The notes under the pieces are model-generated. The model had not been told where the DNA came from and ran no database searches. It saw only the letters and a list, made by a program, of their open reading frames with translations. DNA of 61,027 bases, from the IMG/VR virus record IMGVR_UViG_3300033073_001175, positions 64,001 to 125,027 of that record. One strand, given 5' to 3'. The position numbers were made by a program, and so were the translations under genes. The stretch comes from a virus (Duplodnaviria; Heunggongvirae; Uroviricota; Caudoviricetes). Every line of letters starts with the position of its first letter. Position 1 is the stretch's first letter. Below, piece by piece: positions 46,976 to 57,516 of this stretch.

Positions 46976-49351
46976 TTAACTCTCTTTTCTTAAAGAACCT
47001 TCATAATGGTCAAATCTATCGTGTTCAGTTGGAGTTAATAATAATAAACCTGACTTTATTTTACCCTTAATAGTTTCTTGATAGATGTGACTCATCCATG
47101 TTTGTTCAAAAGGATGACCCCATTTAGTTTCTAAAAACATTTTTCTATTACCTTCTTTAGAAACAATTTGAGGCCAATTACAATAATAAACCTCCCCAAT
47201 AGTATATGGTAATCCATTAAGACTCTTTATTGTTGTAAAATTAGTGGTTGGAGCGTTAGGGTCCAATCCATGTACAGGTAACCTTTTATTGTTTGGCCAT
47301 ATCTCTTCTCTCACTGTTTGAGGAACATTATACCAACTCCACTGAGTGGAATTATCTCCATAAAATTCAGAAAAATTTAATTTTATAAAATCTAAATTTT
47401 CATAGTCTATTATTGAAAGTGACTTGGTGTACAAGTTATCAACATATCGATTAAACCCATTTCGACAAACCTCTCCTTTTTTCGGGTAAAAAAACATGTC
47501 ATCCTCAAAAAAGAACATGTACTCTAAATCGGTACTATCAAAATGTTCGGCAATAAATTGTCTACCTCCACATATACCAAGATTATCTTTTTTAATATGT
47601 TCAAAGTTATATTCTTTACAAAGTTCTAAATATTTTTCTGTTGTTGATAAATCAGTCGAATTATCTAACAAATATTTTTTAGGTTTTTCTAAGAAATTTG
47701 AGTCATATTTTTTCATTGAAAAGAGAAGAGTCTCAAACTGTTTTGGACTATTAAAACCTATTACATATAAACCCACTTTACTCATGTCTTTAATTTTAAT
47801 ACTATCATCAACCGACTTTTCATTTTTAATAACCAAATCCCCATTTTTAAGATTTTCAAAAAATAACCAAACTAAACCGTTACCCTCAATTTCACTATGT
47901 TCAAATAAGTTAGGGTACTTATAAATCATAATACTAAAGATACTTTCTTCAGTTCCCATATACCCACTTGATAGGGTTGATGAAAGTAATTGGTAATATA
48001 GGTTATTTGTTTCGGTTATGGTTTCTTTTGGTCCTCCAAAAAATCCCCCTCTAGCAACTTTGTTAACATTGTTTCCCGCAAATTCACATATCTTGTTAAA
48101 CTCAAAACCATGTATTTCAGAATTTGTTTCATAAGGGAATGTTATAAATGTAAATTTATTTATTAATTTTGGTAGTTTGTCAATGACTTTATCGTGAGTA
48201 AAATATCCTGAGTTAACTGTATTAGTTAAACCAGCGTCAATCCAAAACATGTAATCAGAGTTAAACTTATCTAATATTTTAGCGTCATGTAATAAAAACA
48301 TTTTACCCATGACAAGTGGATTATACATTTCTAACTTAGACTGTGTTGATTCTGATAACCACCCTACTTGATTATACCATTCAGGATTAGTTCTTATTTT
48401 TTGGATTTTATCGTAAAATTCATTTTCTTTAAACCAATCTAATTCTCGATTGATGAACTGAGTATTAGATTGTTGTCTTCTTTCCCAAACAAATTTTTCT
48501 AATTCAGAATCACCAAAAATAATTAGGTTATTTTCTATTTTAAGTAACTCATCAAACTTTTTTAAATAGTGATTTTCATATGACCTTGACCATCCTTCAG
48601 TTAAATTATTACGACCCAAATCCCATAAACCTGTTACTAAAGTTACATTATTATCAATTTCTTTTTTATCGTTATTAACAAATTTACTTTTAACCTCCTC
48701 ATAGAAATCGAAAGGTAACGCAACAATATCTTGACCCGAAATTTCGTATTTATAGTTACTGTTATTAAACTTATCGATGATTTGATTTTGTTCTTCTTCA
48801 CTTAAATTAATCCATTCTAATCTAACAACTTTGGGCTGGTATTTTTTTAAATCAATTTGTTTAAATATATTAAAATCATGACCTTCAGCGTCTATTTTGA
48901 CAATATCAAAATATGATAAGTTATGTTTACTAATTAGGGTATCAAAAGTAATACACGGTACTTTTATTAATTTACCATACTTCTCAACTGTAGGTCTGTC
49001 AAACTCACTACCCAATCCATTTTTTGGGGGGTAAACGGCACTCATTCCATAAAAACAACTATGTACTAAACCACTATCAATAACTTCTTTGTCGATTGTT
49101 ACCATTTCAATAACACCGTTGTAATCTGATATTGCACTATTTTCAAATAGAGCATCATTTTTAATATTATTTTGTAATCTGTCAAAAAGATAGGGGATTG
49201 GTTCAACATACAACACCTTAAAATTATACATGTTGGTATATCCAATCATTTCATCAAACATAACACCATCCATAGACCCTATGTTTAAAGCAATTACTTT
49301 AGAAGTTGTTTCTCCTAAATAATGAAGAGATTTGTCAAAAAAATTATCCAT
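46976..49351 (-). CDS. Three-domain enzyme: FkbM-family methyltransferase + HtrL/YibB-like domain + GT-A glycosyltransferase
   Basis: NIGSMDG..VEPIP..VKIDAEGHD (FkbM); VTLVTGLWDLGR...FWIDAG (HtrL/WlaTC-like); LLDNS...GICGGRQ...YMFFFEDDM (GT-A). Confidence 0.78.
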   Translation of the reverse strand: MDNFFDKSLHYLGETTSKVIALNIGSMDGVMFDEMIGYTNMYNFKVLYVEPIPYLFDRLQNNIKNDALFENSAISDYNGVIEMVTIDKEVIDSGLVHSCFYGMSAVYPPKNGLGSEFDRPTVEKYGKLIKVPCITFDTLISKHNLSYFDIVKIDAEGHDFNIFKQIDLKKYQPKVVRLEWINLSEEEQNQIIDKFNNSNYKYEISGQDIVALPFDFYEEVKSKFVNNDKKEIDNNVTLVTGLWDLGRNNLTEGWSRSYENHYLKKFDELLKIENNLIIFGDSELEKFVWERRQQSNTQFINRELDWFKENEFYDKIQKIRTNPEWYNQVGWLSESTQSKLEMYNPLVMGKMFLLHDAKILDKFNSDYMFWIDAGLTNTVNSGYFTHDKVIDKLPKLINKFTFITFPYETNSEIHGFEFNKICEFAGNNVNKVARGGFFGGPKETITETNNLYYQLLSSTLSSGYMGTEESIFSIMIYKYPNLFEHSEIEGNGLVWLFFENLKNGDLVIKNEKSVDDSIKIKDMSKVGLYVIGFNSPKQFETLLFSMKKYDSNFLEKPKKYLLDNSTDLSTTEKYLELCKEYNFEHIKKDNLGICGGRQFIAEHFDSTDLEYMFFFEDDMFFYPKKGEVCRNGFNRYVDNLYTKSLSIIDYENLDFIKLNFSEFYGDNSTQWSWYNVPQTVREEIWPNNKRLPVHGLDPNAPTTNFTTIKSLNGLPYTIGEVYYCNWPQIVSKEGNRKMFLETKWGHPFEQTWMSHIYQETIKGKIKSGLLLLTPTEHDRFDHYEGSLRKES

Positions 49352-49352
49352 A

Positions 49353-51113
49353 TTATTTTTTTACTATTATTGATGTGACACTCTCATTATAATCAGGTGT
49401 CCTTGTCCAAATTTTTATTGAATCAACAGATTCCTCAATATGTTTTTTGTTTTCGTTTGAAATGTGGTTACTAGTTATTAATCCACCTTCTTTAAAATTT
49501 TCTAACATACTTAAAGTTGTGATAATATCGTTCTCGTCTCTATAACCTTCCCTAACCGAGGTGTGTAAATCCTCAATAATATAAACCCCACCCTTTTTTA
49601 GGTGTTTGAATAAAAACCCAAATGAAATTTGTTGTTGTCTCATGGTATGACCTCCATCATCTATGATTAAATCAAATTCACATTTAGTTTTAGATATAAA
49701 TTCAGTTAAATCATTTATATTTTCCTGATTATATATGTAGGTTTTTATTTTATTCGAATTTAAATGGGAACAGTCCGAGATATCGATTCCATGAATAACA
49801 CTGTCTTTAAAAAAATGTGATAATAATTTTAAACTTTCCCCTTGATAAATCCCTATTTCAAGTACGTTTCTAACGTTCTCCAATTTAGAAAATAAAGGCT
49901 CATAAACCTCCATATATCCGTGATTTATTTTATCGGTTGTAAATTTAGTAGGATTTGAGTTATCATTATTGTTTGGAATAACTGGAGTATAAAATTTAGG
50001 TTGTCGTAATAACATTTCAGGATGATTACAACCTGTGTTTTCCACACTTGACGCATACCTTAAAACAGGAAATGTTGTAACACCTTGATGTACGTCCCAT
50101 AACTCTCTTGTTTCAAAAAGATGATTTTCTTTTTCATAAGGTACAACATACATAGGAATATTCTCATTTTTAAAGTATAAAGATATTAATACGTCATCAG
50201 AAAATGTTGTACCCAAATAGTCATTAAAAAAATTATCCTTAAATAGTTTTTTCTTATATGATACTGATTTATAGTGTTGTAACCCATGTGTTTTTCTAAC
50301 TTGGGTAACACACAAAATCCAACTATCTCTAATATCATTATTATGTAAAAAAACATCACAACCTCTACCATCATACCCAATCACACTATCAGTGAGTTGG
50401 TTTTGGTATTTTCTGTGTTCAGTAACCATTTCATTGTGATATACTAAATCATCATCAACAACAACTAATATAGTTTCAGGATTTTTAACCCTTAGTAACG
50501 TTGGGACAAATTTAGTTGGGGGTCCTATATCCTCAGGTCTAAATATTTTTAAGTGAGGATATTTTAATTTATATTGATTAATCCATGACGGTATATTGTA
50601 ATCTTTGTTAGTTATTAATGATTTGTTAGGAATATTAAAATGAACTTCATAATCATCATCTAATTGTTCACATAATGATTTTAATACTAATTTTAAACCA
50701 TCATCTTTATCATTATCTAATCTTTCAGGAACTGTGGTTAAAGTAATAATAACACTCTTCTCTTTTTCACTCCCATGGTCCATCTTAACCTCAATAAATC
50801 CTTCATTATATATTGAATTTATTTCATTTTTAATCCCAACTCTAATATTATTATAATCTCTAATTTTTAAAGCTCGTCTACCAATCTCCTCAAGACCAAG
50901 TATTTCTTCATTACCTTTTCTAATATCAGATTCCAAATCCCAAATTAAACCATTAATTTCATATAAATTACCAACGTATTTTGTAATACCTTCATAGTTT
51001 AATAATTCATTTTGTAATTGATTTATTTCTTCAGATAAATCTAAATATAGTCTTTCACTTTTTAATTTACAGATTGAGTATCTGTCAGCAATATCTCCTA
51101 TTGAAGTTTTCAT
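49353..51113 (-). CDS. Fusion of a small helical domain + GT-A glycosyltransferase + class I SAM sugar O-methyltransferase (MycE/ElmM-like)
   Basis: SIGDIADRYSI leader; IITLTTVPER...GPPTK..P...VVVDDDLVY; TDKINHGY..Y...VLEIGIYQGESL...IHGIDI...LIIDDGGH...GGVYIIEDLH. Confidence 0.78.
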   Translation of the reverse strand: MKTSIGDIADRYSICKLKSERLYLDLSEEINQLQNELLNYEGITKYVGNLYEINGLIWDLESDIRKGNEEILGLEEIGRRALKIRDYNNIRVGIKNEINSIYNEGFIEVKMDHGSEKEKSVIITLTTVPERLDNDKDDGLKLVLKSLCEQLDDDYEVHFNIPNKSLITNKDYNIPSWINQYKLKYPHLKIFRPEDIGPPTKFVPTLLRVKNPETILVVVDDDLVYHNEMVTEHRKYQNQLTDSVIGYDGRGCDVFLHNNDIRDSWILCVTQVRKTHGLQHYKSVSYKKKLFKDNFFNDYLGTTFSDDVLISLYFKNENIPMYVVPYEKENHLFETRELWDVHQGVTTFPVLRYASSVENTGCNHPEMLLRQPKFYTPVIPNNNDNSNPTKFTTDKINHGYMEVYEPLFSKLENVRNVLEIGIYQGESLKLLSHFFKDSVIHGIDISDCSHLNSNKIKTYIYNQENINDLTEFISKTKCEFDLIIDDGGHTMRQQQISFGFLFKHLKKGGVYIIEDLHTSVREGYRDENDIITTLSMLENFKEGGLITSNHISNENKKHIEESVDSIKIWTRTPDYNESVTSIIVKK

Positions 51114-51121
51114 TTTTTTAG

Positions 51122-51997
51122 TTAGTTATTTGTCACAAAAAAATCATTATAATTTTTAGTGAAAGTTATTTCTTGTGTAAAATTTTTAGTAGTTCCTCTG
51201 TTTAAATAAACAAAGAATGAACTATTACCTGTGTAAGTAATTACGTGTTTACATTTAGATAAAATCCATAATGACGCGATATAATATTCGGACCATTCTA
51301 ATTTAATATCGTTGTTAATTGGTATTGGTGGGTAAATTTCAGAAGAATTACCTAATGATGTTTCAGTAAAGAATACCGAACCAAAAGCTTCATGAAATGT
51401 CCTAATAACACCTGAGTTTTCAGATTGTATCACAACAGTTGGTCTAACTTCTTCAGACTCAATAATTTCTTTACATTTTCTAAAGTAACCACCTGCAGAT
51501 ATATAATTAAACCCACCCATATCAGTCCACTTATCAGAATCACGATATATTACTGATATAGTATTCTCCTGATTAATTTTGTATTTTTCTTTTAATTGTG
51601 TAATTTTATTCTGTATGTTTTCATTAATATTAAAATATTTTTTAAAAAAGGGTTCGTAATATTTAATATAATCTTCAGAATATATAGTGTGTTGGTCGTC
51701 AGGACTAAATGGTACGGGTAGTTCTTCATCGAAATTAATTTCTATTGACTCGTCAATATGAAAAAAATAATGGTACATATCAATATTAGATTCTTGTTTT
51801 AGTTTTCTTAATAAAAATTTACCGTCAATAGATATTGGTGTTTTTTTGAAATTTTTATAAACAACCATTAAAGATGTTATCATTAATGTGAAGGTTGAGA
51901 AAAATCCGTAATCTCTAATATCTTCTCTACCTATTAATATATTTTTTTCTGAATCATAATCATATCCGTACAGAATGTTTTCGTAAATCATATCCAA
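51122..51997 (-). CDS. NodZ/FUT8 (GT23/GT11-like) fucosyltransferase-fold protein
   Basis: GFFSTF near the N-terminus, ISVIYRDSDK (variant of G.H.R.TDK), LWILSKCKHVITYTGNSSF (motif III). Confidence 0.68.
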   Translation of the reverse strand: MDMIYENILYGYDYDSEKNILIGREDIRDYGFFSTFTLMITSLMVVYKNFKKTPISIDGKFLLRKLKQESNIDMYHYFFHIDESIEINFDEELPVPFSPDDQHTIYSEDYIKYYEPFFKKYFNINENIQNKITQLKEKYKINQENTISVIYRDSDKWTDMGGFNYISAGGYFRKCKEIIESEEVRPTVVIQSENSGVIRTFHEAFGSVFFTETSLGNSSEIYPPIPINNDIKLEWSEYYIASLWILSKCKHVITYTGNSSFFVYLNRGTTKNFTQEITFTKNYNDFFVTNN

Positions 51998-52923
51998 TCG
52001 TTTAAATTTAGTAAATTAAATGTGTTTTTTATTTTTGAATTTAATTCAAAATTATCATCATAATATTGTTTAGCATTTTTAGATATAAAATCCAAAAAAT
52101 CTTTGTCATTAATCACTTCGTAATATCTACCCTCAATCATCTTTGCGTGATTTTCATTACCTAAACGATACAAATCCATATCGTCAGGTCTTGGTATTGA
52201 TATGTAATGATAATTAGGTATTAATGGTGAATTAAATGATGATAGATATTCAAACCTTATAATAGGAATTCCTACCCCAAAACACTCAACATCACGGTAA
52301 CAAAATTCACCTCTCCCGTCAACAGATAAAGCAATTTTATGAGATATTAAATCATCAAAATAATTAGATGGTGATATAACATTAAAATCTGTAATTATAT
52401 CTTTATTAATATAATTTAAAATTTTTCTATCTTCTAAAGAAGTTCCTTTAAAATAAAGTTTATCTTTGAAGTCTGTTATTTCTTTTCTTTTATTATGATA
52501 TATTGATAAATCATCCATTGACGCTTGGAAGTATGTCCATGGATTATATTTGAACATATATTCACCTACATGGTCTAACACCTTTTTAGGTAAAAACTGA
52601 GATACTAAAACCTTCTTTAAAAATGGATTGTGTCTTTCATTAAGAATCGCATGTGTTAAATCATCAGATACCGATAATATTACAAATTCACCAGTGTTTA
52701 AATTCTCTATTACATACTCACATTCTAACATTAAAAAATTACCTGAAATACCTTTAGTTAACTTAACAGGAAATCTTTCTTTATGGGCATTTTCAAAATA
52801 CCTATTCTCCTCAACTTCAAAATAGTTTTTTAAATAGTTAGTGAATTCATCCCAAAAATAATTATAATTCCTATAATATCTTGTATGTTCATTACAGGGG
52901 TTATGTATTCTTATTTTTACCAT
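51988..52923 (-). CDS. GT-B glycosyltransferase (GT90/CAP10- or exostosin-like)
   Basis: KLYFKGT...RK, then YFDDLISHKIALSVDGRGEFCYRDVECFGVGIPII. Confidence 0.62.
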   Translation of the reverse strand: MVKIRIHNPCNEHTRYYRNYNYFWDEFTNYLKNYFEVEENRYFENAHKERFPVKLTKGISGNFLMLECEYVIENLNTGEFVILSVSDDLTHAILNERHNPFLKKVLVSQFLPKKVLDHVGEYMFKYNPWTYFQASMDDLSIYHNKRKEITDFKDKLYFKGTSLEDRKILNYINKDIITDFNVISPSNYFDDLISHKIALSVDGRGEFCYRDVECFGVGIPIIRFEYLSSFNSPLIPNYHYISIPRPDDMDLYRLGNENHAKMIEGRYYEVINDKDFLDFISKNAKQYYDDNFELNSKIKNTFNLLNLNDWI

Positions 52924-52924
52924 T

Positions 52925-54172
52925 TTATAAATTACCTGTTAATCTTTCACACCATCCTTTTGAGGTACTATAAGGCCATACGACCCAATATTTAGGTTTA
53001 TGACTTGTTTGGAACTCTCTCCAAACTTTACAATACCCATCAGGGTCATTCATCATATTATTTATTTCATTAATATCAGCATCTTTTCTAAAGATAGTTT
53101 CGTCTTTTTCATCATGAAATGCAACAACCCAAAATTCATAATCTTTTTCGGGAACTTGGGAGAATCCTATATCAATACAATGTTTGAAAATTGACGCGAA
53201 ACTATTTTCCCATTCTTCTTCGGTTTCGTATATTGTTGGATTTGGTGGATAATGTTTGTCTAAAGTGTATTGTTGTACCGCTCTTCTTGAGAATCTTAAT
53301 CCTGAATATATTTCGTAATCTTTTAAAGTCCTTTCAGTTCCAAAACCATATTTACTAAAATCTAAAAGAACCTCTTCACCGTCCATACCAAATAGTTGTC
53401 TATTTTTAGAATGTGATAAATTATTTTTAGAAACCCAATCTTTATCGTCATCCCATTGTTTAGTCCTTCCTTTACGAGTATACTCATGCCAAATCACAAC
53501 TTTATGTGGGTGAAATAAATCATAACCATGTGTATAAGCTCTTGCGGCGATTGAGATTTCTTCTCCGTGAAAATAAAATTCGGGGTCATGCTGAACTTCC
53601 TCGCTAAATTTACCAATTGTAAATGCAAAATGCGCCGAATAGAATCTTGCAGTTACAGGTTCTTTCATTTCTTGCCATCCAGGAATTGTTTCAGGTAGGA
53701 AAAACACCGCACCTTCAGGAATAAATCTATCAAAAACCATTCTCCATGGTTCTTGAACTCTACCTTCAGGGTCATTGTCAGGGTCAAAAGACGAAACATA
53801 ACCAGTTAATAGAGGTTTCTCAAACCCTTTTTTTTGTAATTGTTTAACCATCTTAATCAAAGTGTCATCCCAATCCTTCTCAAATCTCATATGTGAATCA
53901 ATTTGTAAAGTATAATCTTCACCTTTATATTGTTGTTGAGTTAAATTTCTCGCCCAACAAACACCTTTAGATTCTGAATATAAAACATCAATAATTCTAA
54001 ATCTTTTATCAGTTCTATATTCATCTAAATTATCAAATCCATCTTCAGGATGAAATTGTCTACAAATACTTAAAACCAAATTTTTTGGTCTTTTAGCAGT
54101 TTCAAACATATTCTTAATTGTGGGTAATAATTGAGGGTCTCTGTACGAGGCAATTTGTACGAAAATTTTCAT
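52925..54172 (-). CDS. GT60-family polypeptide alpha-N-acetylglucosaminyltransferase (Gnt1/TcOGNT2-like)
   Basis: IFVQIASYRDP, SKGVCWAR, YTLQIDSHMRF..DWD (DSH metal motif), FYSAHFAF, FHGEEISIAARAYTHGYDLFHP. Confidence 0.88.
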   Translation of the reverse strand: MKIFVQIASYRDPQLLPTIKNMFETAKRPKNLVLSICRQFHPEDGFDNLDEYRTDKRFRIIDVLYSESKGVCWARNLTQQQYKGEDYTLQIDSHMRFEKDWDDTLIKMVKQLQKKGFEKPLLTGYVSSFDPDNDPEGRVQEPWRMVFDRFIPEGAVFFLPETIPGWQEMKEPVTARFYSAHFAFTIGKFSEEVQHDPEFYFHGEEISIAARAYTHGYDLFHPHKVVIWHEYTRKGRTKQWDDDKDWVSKNNLSHSKNRQLFGMDGEEVLLDFSKYGFGTERTLKDYEIYSGLRFSRRAVQQYTLDKHYPPNPTIYETEEEWENSFASIFKHCIDIGFSQVPEKDYEFWVVAFHDEKDETIFRKDADINEINNMMNDPDGYCKVWREFQTSHKPKYWVVWPYSTSKGWCERLTGNL

Positions 54173-54211
54173 ATCTTTTTTTTATAAAAAAATAGAAATT
54201 TATTTTCAATA

Positions 54212-54218
54212 ATAAATA
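54212..54218 (-). promoter_or_regulatory. Putative phage-specific promoter box TATTTAT for the glycosylation operon
   Basis: Sense-oriented copy in the 57-nt gap upstream of the GT60 gene. Confidence 0.5.
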
Positions 54219-54229
54219 GGTTTTGTCAA

Positions 54230-57200
54230 TTAACAAGATGCACAAGTACCACCTAATGTGATTGATGCAGTACCGCTAGTAACTACAGGTACAGTTGTAG
54301 AACATTTAAATGTTCCTGTTGACGCTGGTAAAGTAACTGAAGTTTCACCAGCATTACCACAACAACCTGTGAACGTAACTCTAGCACCTAATGTACCTGA
54401 AGTAATGTTATATCGGAAACAAGTTGGGGTTGCCGTAGGTGTAGAAGTTTTAGTTGGGGTTAAAGTTTTAGTAGGGGTTACAGTAGGTGTGCGAGTTATT
54501 GTTGGGGTCACTGTAGGAGTTACTGTTGGAGTTGGCGTTGGTGTAGGACATATATTAGAACTTGTACAAGACACACAACTAGCGTATGTAGTACCACCAT
54601 TCCATATTACTGTTGCAACTGTACCACCTAAACCTGAAATTTGTTGACAGACTCCTGACGTATCAACAACTACAGACCCTATTACAGTTGATGAAGGTAA
54701 ATAAATCACATCAACTAAATTATTACAACAGTTTTTAGTAAAGAAGAATGAGTAAGGTGTACTAGGTGTTATTGTTGGTGTTACCGTTGGGGTAGGTGTT
54801 TTAGTTGGTGTTATTGTAGGTGTAACAGTATTTGTTGGTGTAACCGTATTACTAGGTGTTTGGGTTATTGTAGGTGTAACAGTATTTGTTGGTGTAACTG
54901 TTGGTGTTTGAGTTCTTGTTGGGGTTAATGAAATTGTTGGGGTGACTGTCGGTGTTGCAGTATTACTTGGGGTTTGAGTAATTGTTGGTGTTACCGAATT
55001 AGTTGGTGTTACCGAATTAGTTGGTGTTATGGTATTTGTTGGAGTAACTGAATTAGTAGGTGTTTGAGTTACGGTTGGTGTCTGTGTATTAGTTGGTGTT
55101 ATGGTATTTGTTGGTGTTACCGTTTTAGTAGGTGTCGGAGAAGCACCTGGAGTACCTGTATTACTTGGGGTTACTGTGTTAGTAGGTGTAATTGACGGTG
55201 TTTGTGTGTTTGTTGGTGTTATAGTATTTGTTGGTGTCTGCGTATTTGTTGGTGTTACGGTTTTAGTAGGGGTAACCGAATTAGTTGGAGTAACAGTTAT
55301 AGTTGGTGTCTGCGTATTAGTTGGTGTAATGGTATTTGTTGGTGTTATACTTGGTGTTTGAGTTACGGTTGGCGTTTGTGTATTTGTTGGAGTAACTGAA
55401 TTGGTAGGTGTTATTGATGGTGTAGGAGTAACTGTTGGAGTTACTGAATTGGTAGGTGTTATGGTATTTGTTGGAGTTACTGAATTGGTAGGAGTTACTG
55501 AATTAGTAGGTGTTTGAGTTACGGTTGGTGTCTGCGTATTAGTTGGTGTTATGGTATTTGTTGGTGTTACCGTTTTAGTAGGTGTAACAGTGTTAGTTGG
55601 GGTAACTGAATTAGTAGGTGTTATGGTATTTGTTGGAGTAACCGAGTTCGTAGGTGTTATGGTATTTGTTGGAGTAACTGAATTTGTAGGTGTAATGGTA
55701 TTTGTTGGAGTAACTGAATTTGTAGGTGTAATGGTAGGGGTAATAGTATTAGTCGGTGTTACTGAATTAGTTGGGGTAACTGTATTTGTAGGTGTCACCG
55801 TATTTGTAGGTGTCACCGTCACCGTATTGGCAGGTGTTTGAGTAACAGTTGGTGTTACGGTTTTAGTAGGTGTGATTGTATTAGTAGGTGTAACTGTATT
55901 TGTTGGTGTTACTGAATTAGTAGGTGTAACTGTATTTGTCGGTGTTACGGTTTTAGTAGGGGTAACCGAGTTCGTAGGTGTAATGGTATTGGTCGGAGTA
56001 ACTGTATTTGTTGGTGTTATAGTGTTAGTTGGGGTAACTGAATTTGTAGGTGTTATAGTATTAGTAGGCGTTTGAGTTATTGTTGGTGTTACTGAATTAG
56101 TAGGTGTTTGAGTTATTGTAGGAGTAACTGAGTTTGTAGGTGTAACGGTATTAGTTGGGGTAACAGTATTTGTTGGTGTCACTGAATTGGTAGGGGTAAC
56201 AGTATTTGTTGGTGTCACTGAATTAGTAGGTGTTTGAGTTATTGTAGGCGTTACCGAATTAGTTGGAGTATTGGTCGGTGTTAAAGATATTGTAGGGGTT
56301 ATACTAGGTGTTTGAGTGTTTGTTGGGGTTGCAGTAGGTAAAATTGACTTAGTAGGTGTATTGGTAGGTGTATTAGTTGGAGTTTTTGTAGGTGTTTTAG
56401 TTGGAGTTTTAGTTGGTGTAGGTGTTTTAGTTGGAGTTTTAGTTGGAGTTTTGGTTGGGGTAGTCGTTTTAGTAGGTGTAGGTGTTTTTGTAGGTGTTTT
56501 TGTTTGTGTCGGAGTTTTAGTTGGGGTTTTAGTTTGTGTAGGTGTTTTTGTAGGTGTTTTTGTTTGTGTCGGAGTTTTAGTTGGGGTTACTGTAGGTGTT
56601 ATTGTTGGAGTTACTGTAGGTGTTGATGTCACAGTTGGGCTAGGTGTTATAGTAACGGTATTTGTTGGGGTTATTGTAGGTGTTACAGTATTACTTGGAG
56701 TTACTGTAGGTGTTGGAGTTGGGCAAGGATGGATTGTTTGGCAGTCAACACATGATACAATTGATGTAATATCATTACATATATAAGCATTAGTTGTGAA
56801 TGTTGGGGCGATATGTGTAACACACCCATTAAAACCCGTACTCTCAACGTAATAGACTCCACTTAAAGGGTTAAAACCTATTGGGATAGTTGAAATAACC
56901 AAAATATTTGACGGGTCACAACAATCCTGGAAATATCCAACGATGGGTACCATACTTGTCGATGGTGTCACTGATGGGGTAGATGTTCTTGTTTGTGTTA
57001 CACTTGGGGTGACAGGTGGTATTATAGGACAACCTCCGCCTACACATACTCCACCGATTGTTATCCCAACAATAGGGTCGTCAGAGGTAGGATTTTTACC
57101 ACAAAAAAATAAATTTGTTTCTGCGGAAATAATGGTTTCAATAAGTACATTATTACAATTAATAAATGAAATTGAGTGTTCTACTAAATCAGGATTTTCA

Positions 57201-57496
57201 AATTCTATACAATTACAACTTACGTCCATCGTTGGAGTAATTGTTGGAGTCATTGTAGGTGTTTGACTTGGGGTGTTACATTGTATTAATTGTAACGTTT
57301 CACACCCATCAAAATCTATTAATTTTACGATTACTTCATTTACACCGTCTAATAATGTTGGTAATGGAAATTGGTAAGATGGGGGAATAGAAACCGCAGA
57401 AGCAATTGGTATACATATTGATAATGTAATATCACATACCTCAATGTCGTAAGGACTAGTACCTGTTGCCGCGGTGATTTCTATTATTTGACTCAT
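54230..57496 (-). CDS. Mucin-like Thr/Pro-repeat virion appendage protein with four Cys-rich globular domains
   Basis: 1088 aa; about 650 aa of TPT(N/K)(T/S)(V/I) repeats plus shorter TP linkers separating Cys-rich domains. Confidence 0.88.
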   Translation of the reverse strand: MSQIIEITAATGTSPYDIEVCDITLSICIPIASAVSIPPSYQFPLPTLLDGVNEVIVKLIDFDGCETLQLIQCNTPSQTPTMTPTITPTMDVSCNCIEFENPDLVEHSISFINCNNVLIETIISAETNLFFCGKNPTSDDPIVGITIGGVCVGGGCPIIPPVTPSVTQTRTSTPSVTPSTSMVPIVGYFQDCCDPSNILVISTIPIGFNPLSGVYYVESTGFNGCVTHIAPTFTTNAYICNDITSIVSCVDCQTIHPCPTPTPTVTPSNTVTPTITPTNTVTITPSPTVTSTPTVTPTITPTVTPTKTPTQTKTPTKTPTQTKTPTKTPTQTKTPTKTPTPTKTTTPTKTPTKTPTKTPTPTKTPTKTPTKTPTNTPTNTPTKSILPTATPTNTQTPSITPTISLTPTNTPTNSVTPTITQTPTNSVTPTNTVTPTNSVTPTNTVTPTNTVTPTNSVTPTITQTPTNSVTPTITQTPTNTITPTNSVTPTNTITPTNTVTPTNTITPTNSVTPTKTVTPTNTVTPTNSVTPTNTVTPTNTITPTKTVTPTVTQTPANTVTVTPTNTVTPTNTVTPTNSVTPTNTITPTITPTNSVTPTNTITPTNSVTPTNTITPTNSVTPTNTITPTNSVTPTNTVTPTKTVTPTNTITPTNTQTPTVTQTPTNSVTPTNSVTPTNTITPTNSVTPTVTPTPSITPTNSVTPTNTQTPTVTQTPSITPTNTITPTNTQTPTITVTPTNSVTPTKTVTPTNTQTPTNTITPTNTQTPSITPTNTVTPSNTGTPGASPTPTKTVTPTNTITPTNTQTPTVTQTPTNSVTPTNTITPTNSVTPTNSVTPTITQTPSNTATPTVTPTISLTPTRTQTPTVTPTNTVTPTITQTPSNTVTPTNTVTPTITPTKTPTPTVTPTITPSTPYSFFFTKNCCNNLVDVIYLPSSTVIGSVVVDTSGVCQQISGLGGTVATVIWNGGTTYASCVSCTSSNICPTPTPTPTVTPTVTPTITRTPTVTPTKTLTPTKTSTPTATPTCFRYNITSGTLGARVTFTGCCGNAGETSVTLPASTGTFKCSTTVPVVTSGTASITLGGTCASC
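54755..56722 (-). repeat. About 2 kb coding tandem repeat, mainly 18-nt/hexapeptide TPTN(S/T)(V/I), with a K-rich sub-block ([10 protein letters not shown])
   Basis: Read directly from the sequence and translation; third codon positions vary, and there are local near-exact duplications. Confidence 0.95.
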
Positions 57497-57516
57497 TTAA
57501 TAATACATATTCATTA

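Noticed and set aside
54755-56722. Regular short repeats resembling a CRISPR array or satellite
   Set aside because: The repeats are in-frame, vary at third codon positions and have no unique spacers; there are no cas genes.
54755-56722. Asn-rich repeat as an N-glycosylation target
   Set aside because: The Asn contexts are N-S-V, N-T-V, N-T-I, N-T-Q and N-T-P, which are not N-x-S/T sequons, so O-linkage to Thr/Ser is the consistent reading.
54258-57266. Many plus-strand ORFs of Val/Gly repeats (VGVTVLVGV...) that look like membrane or amyloid proteins
   Set aside because: They are antisense shadows of ACN/CCN (Thr/Pro) codons, which cannot generate stop codons in that frame. They have no promoter or independent features.
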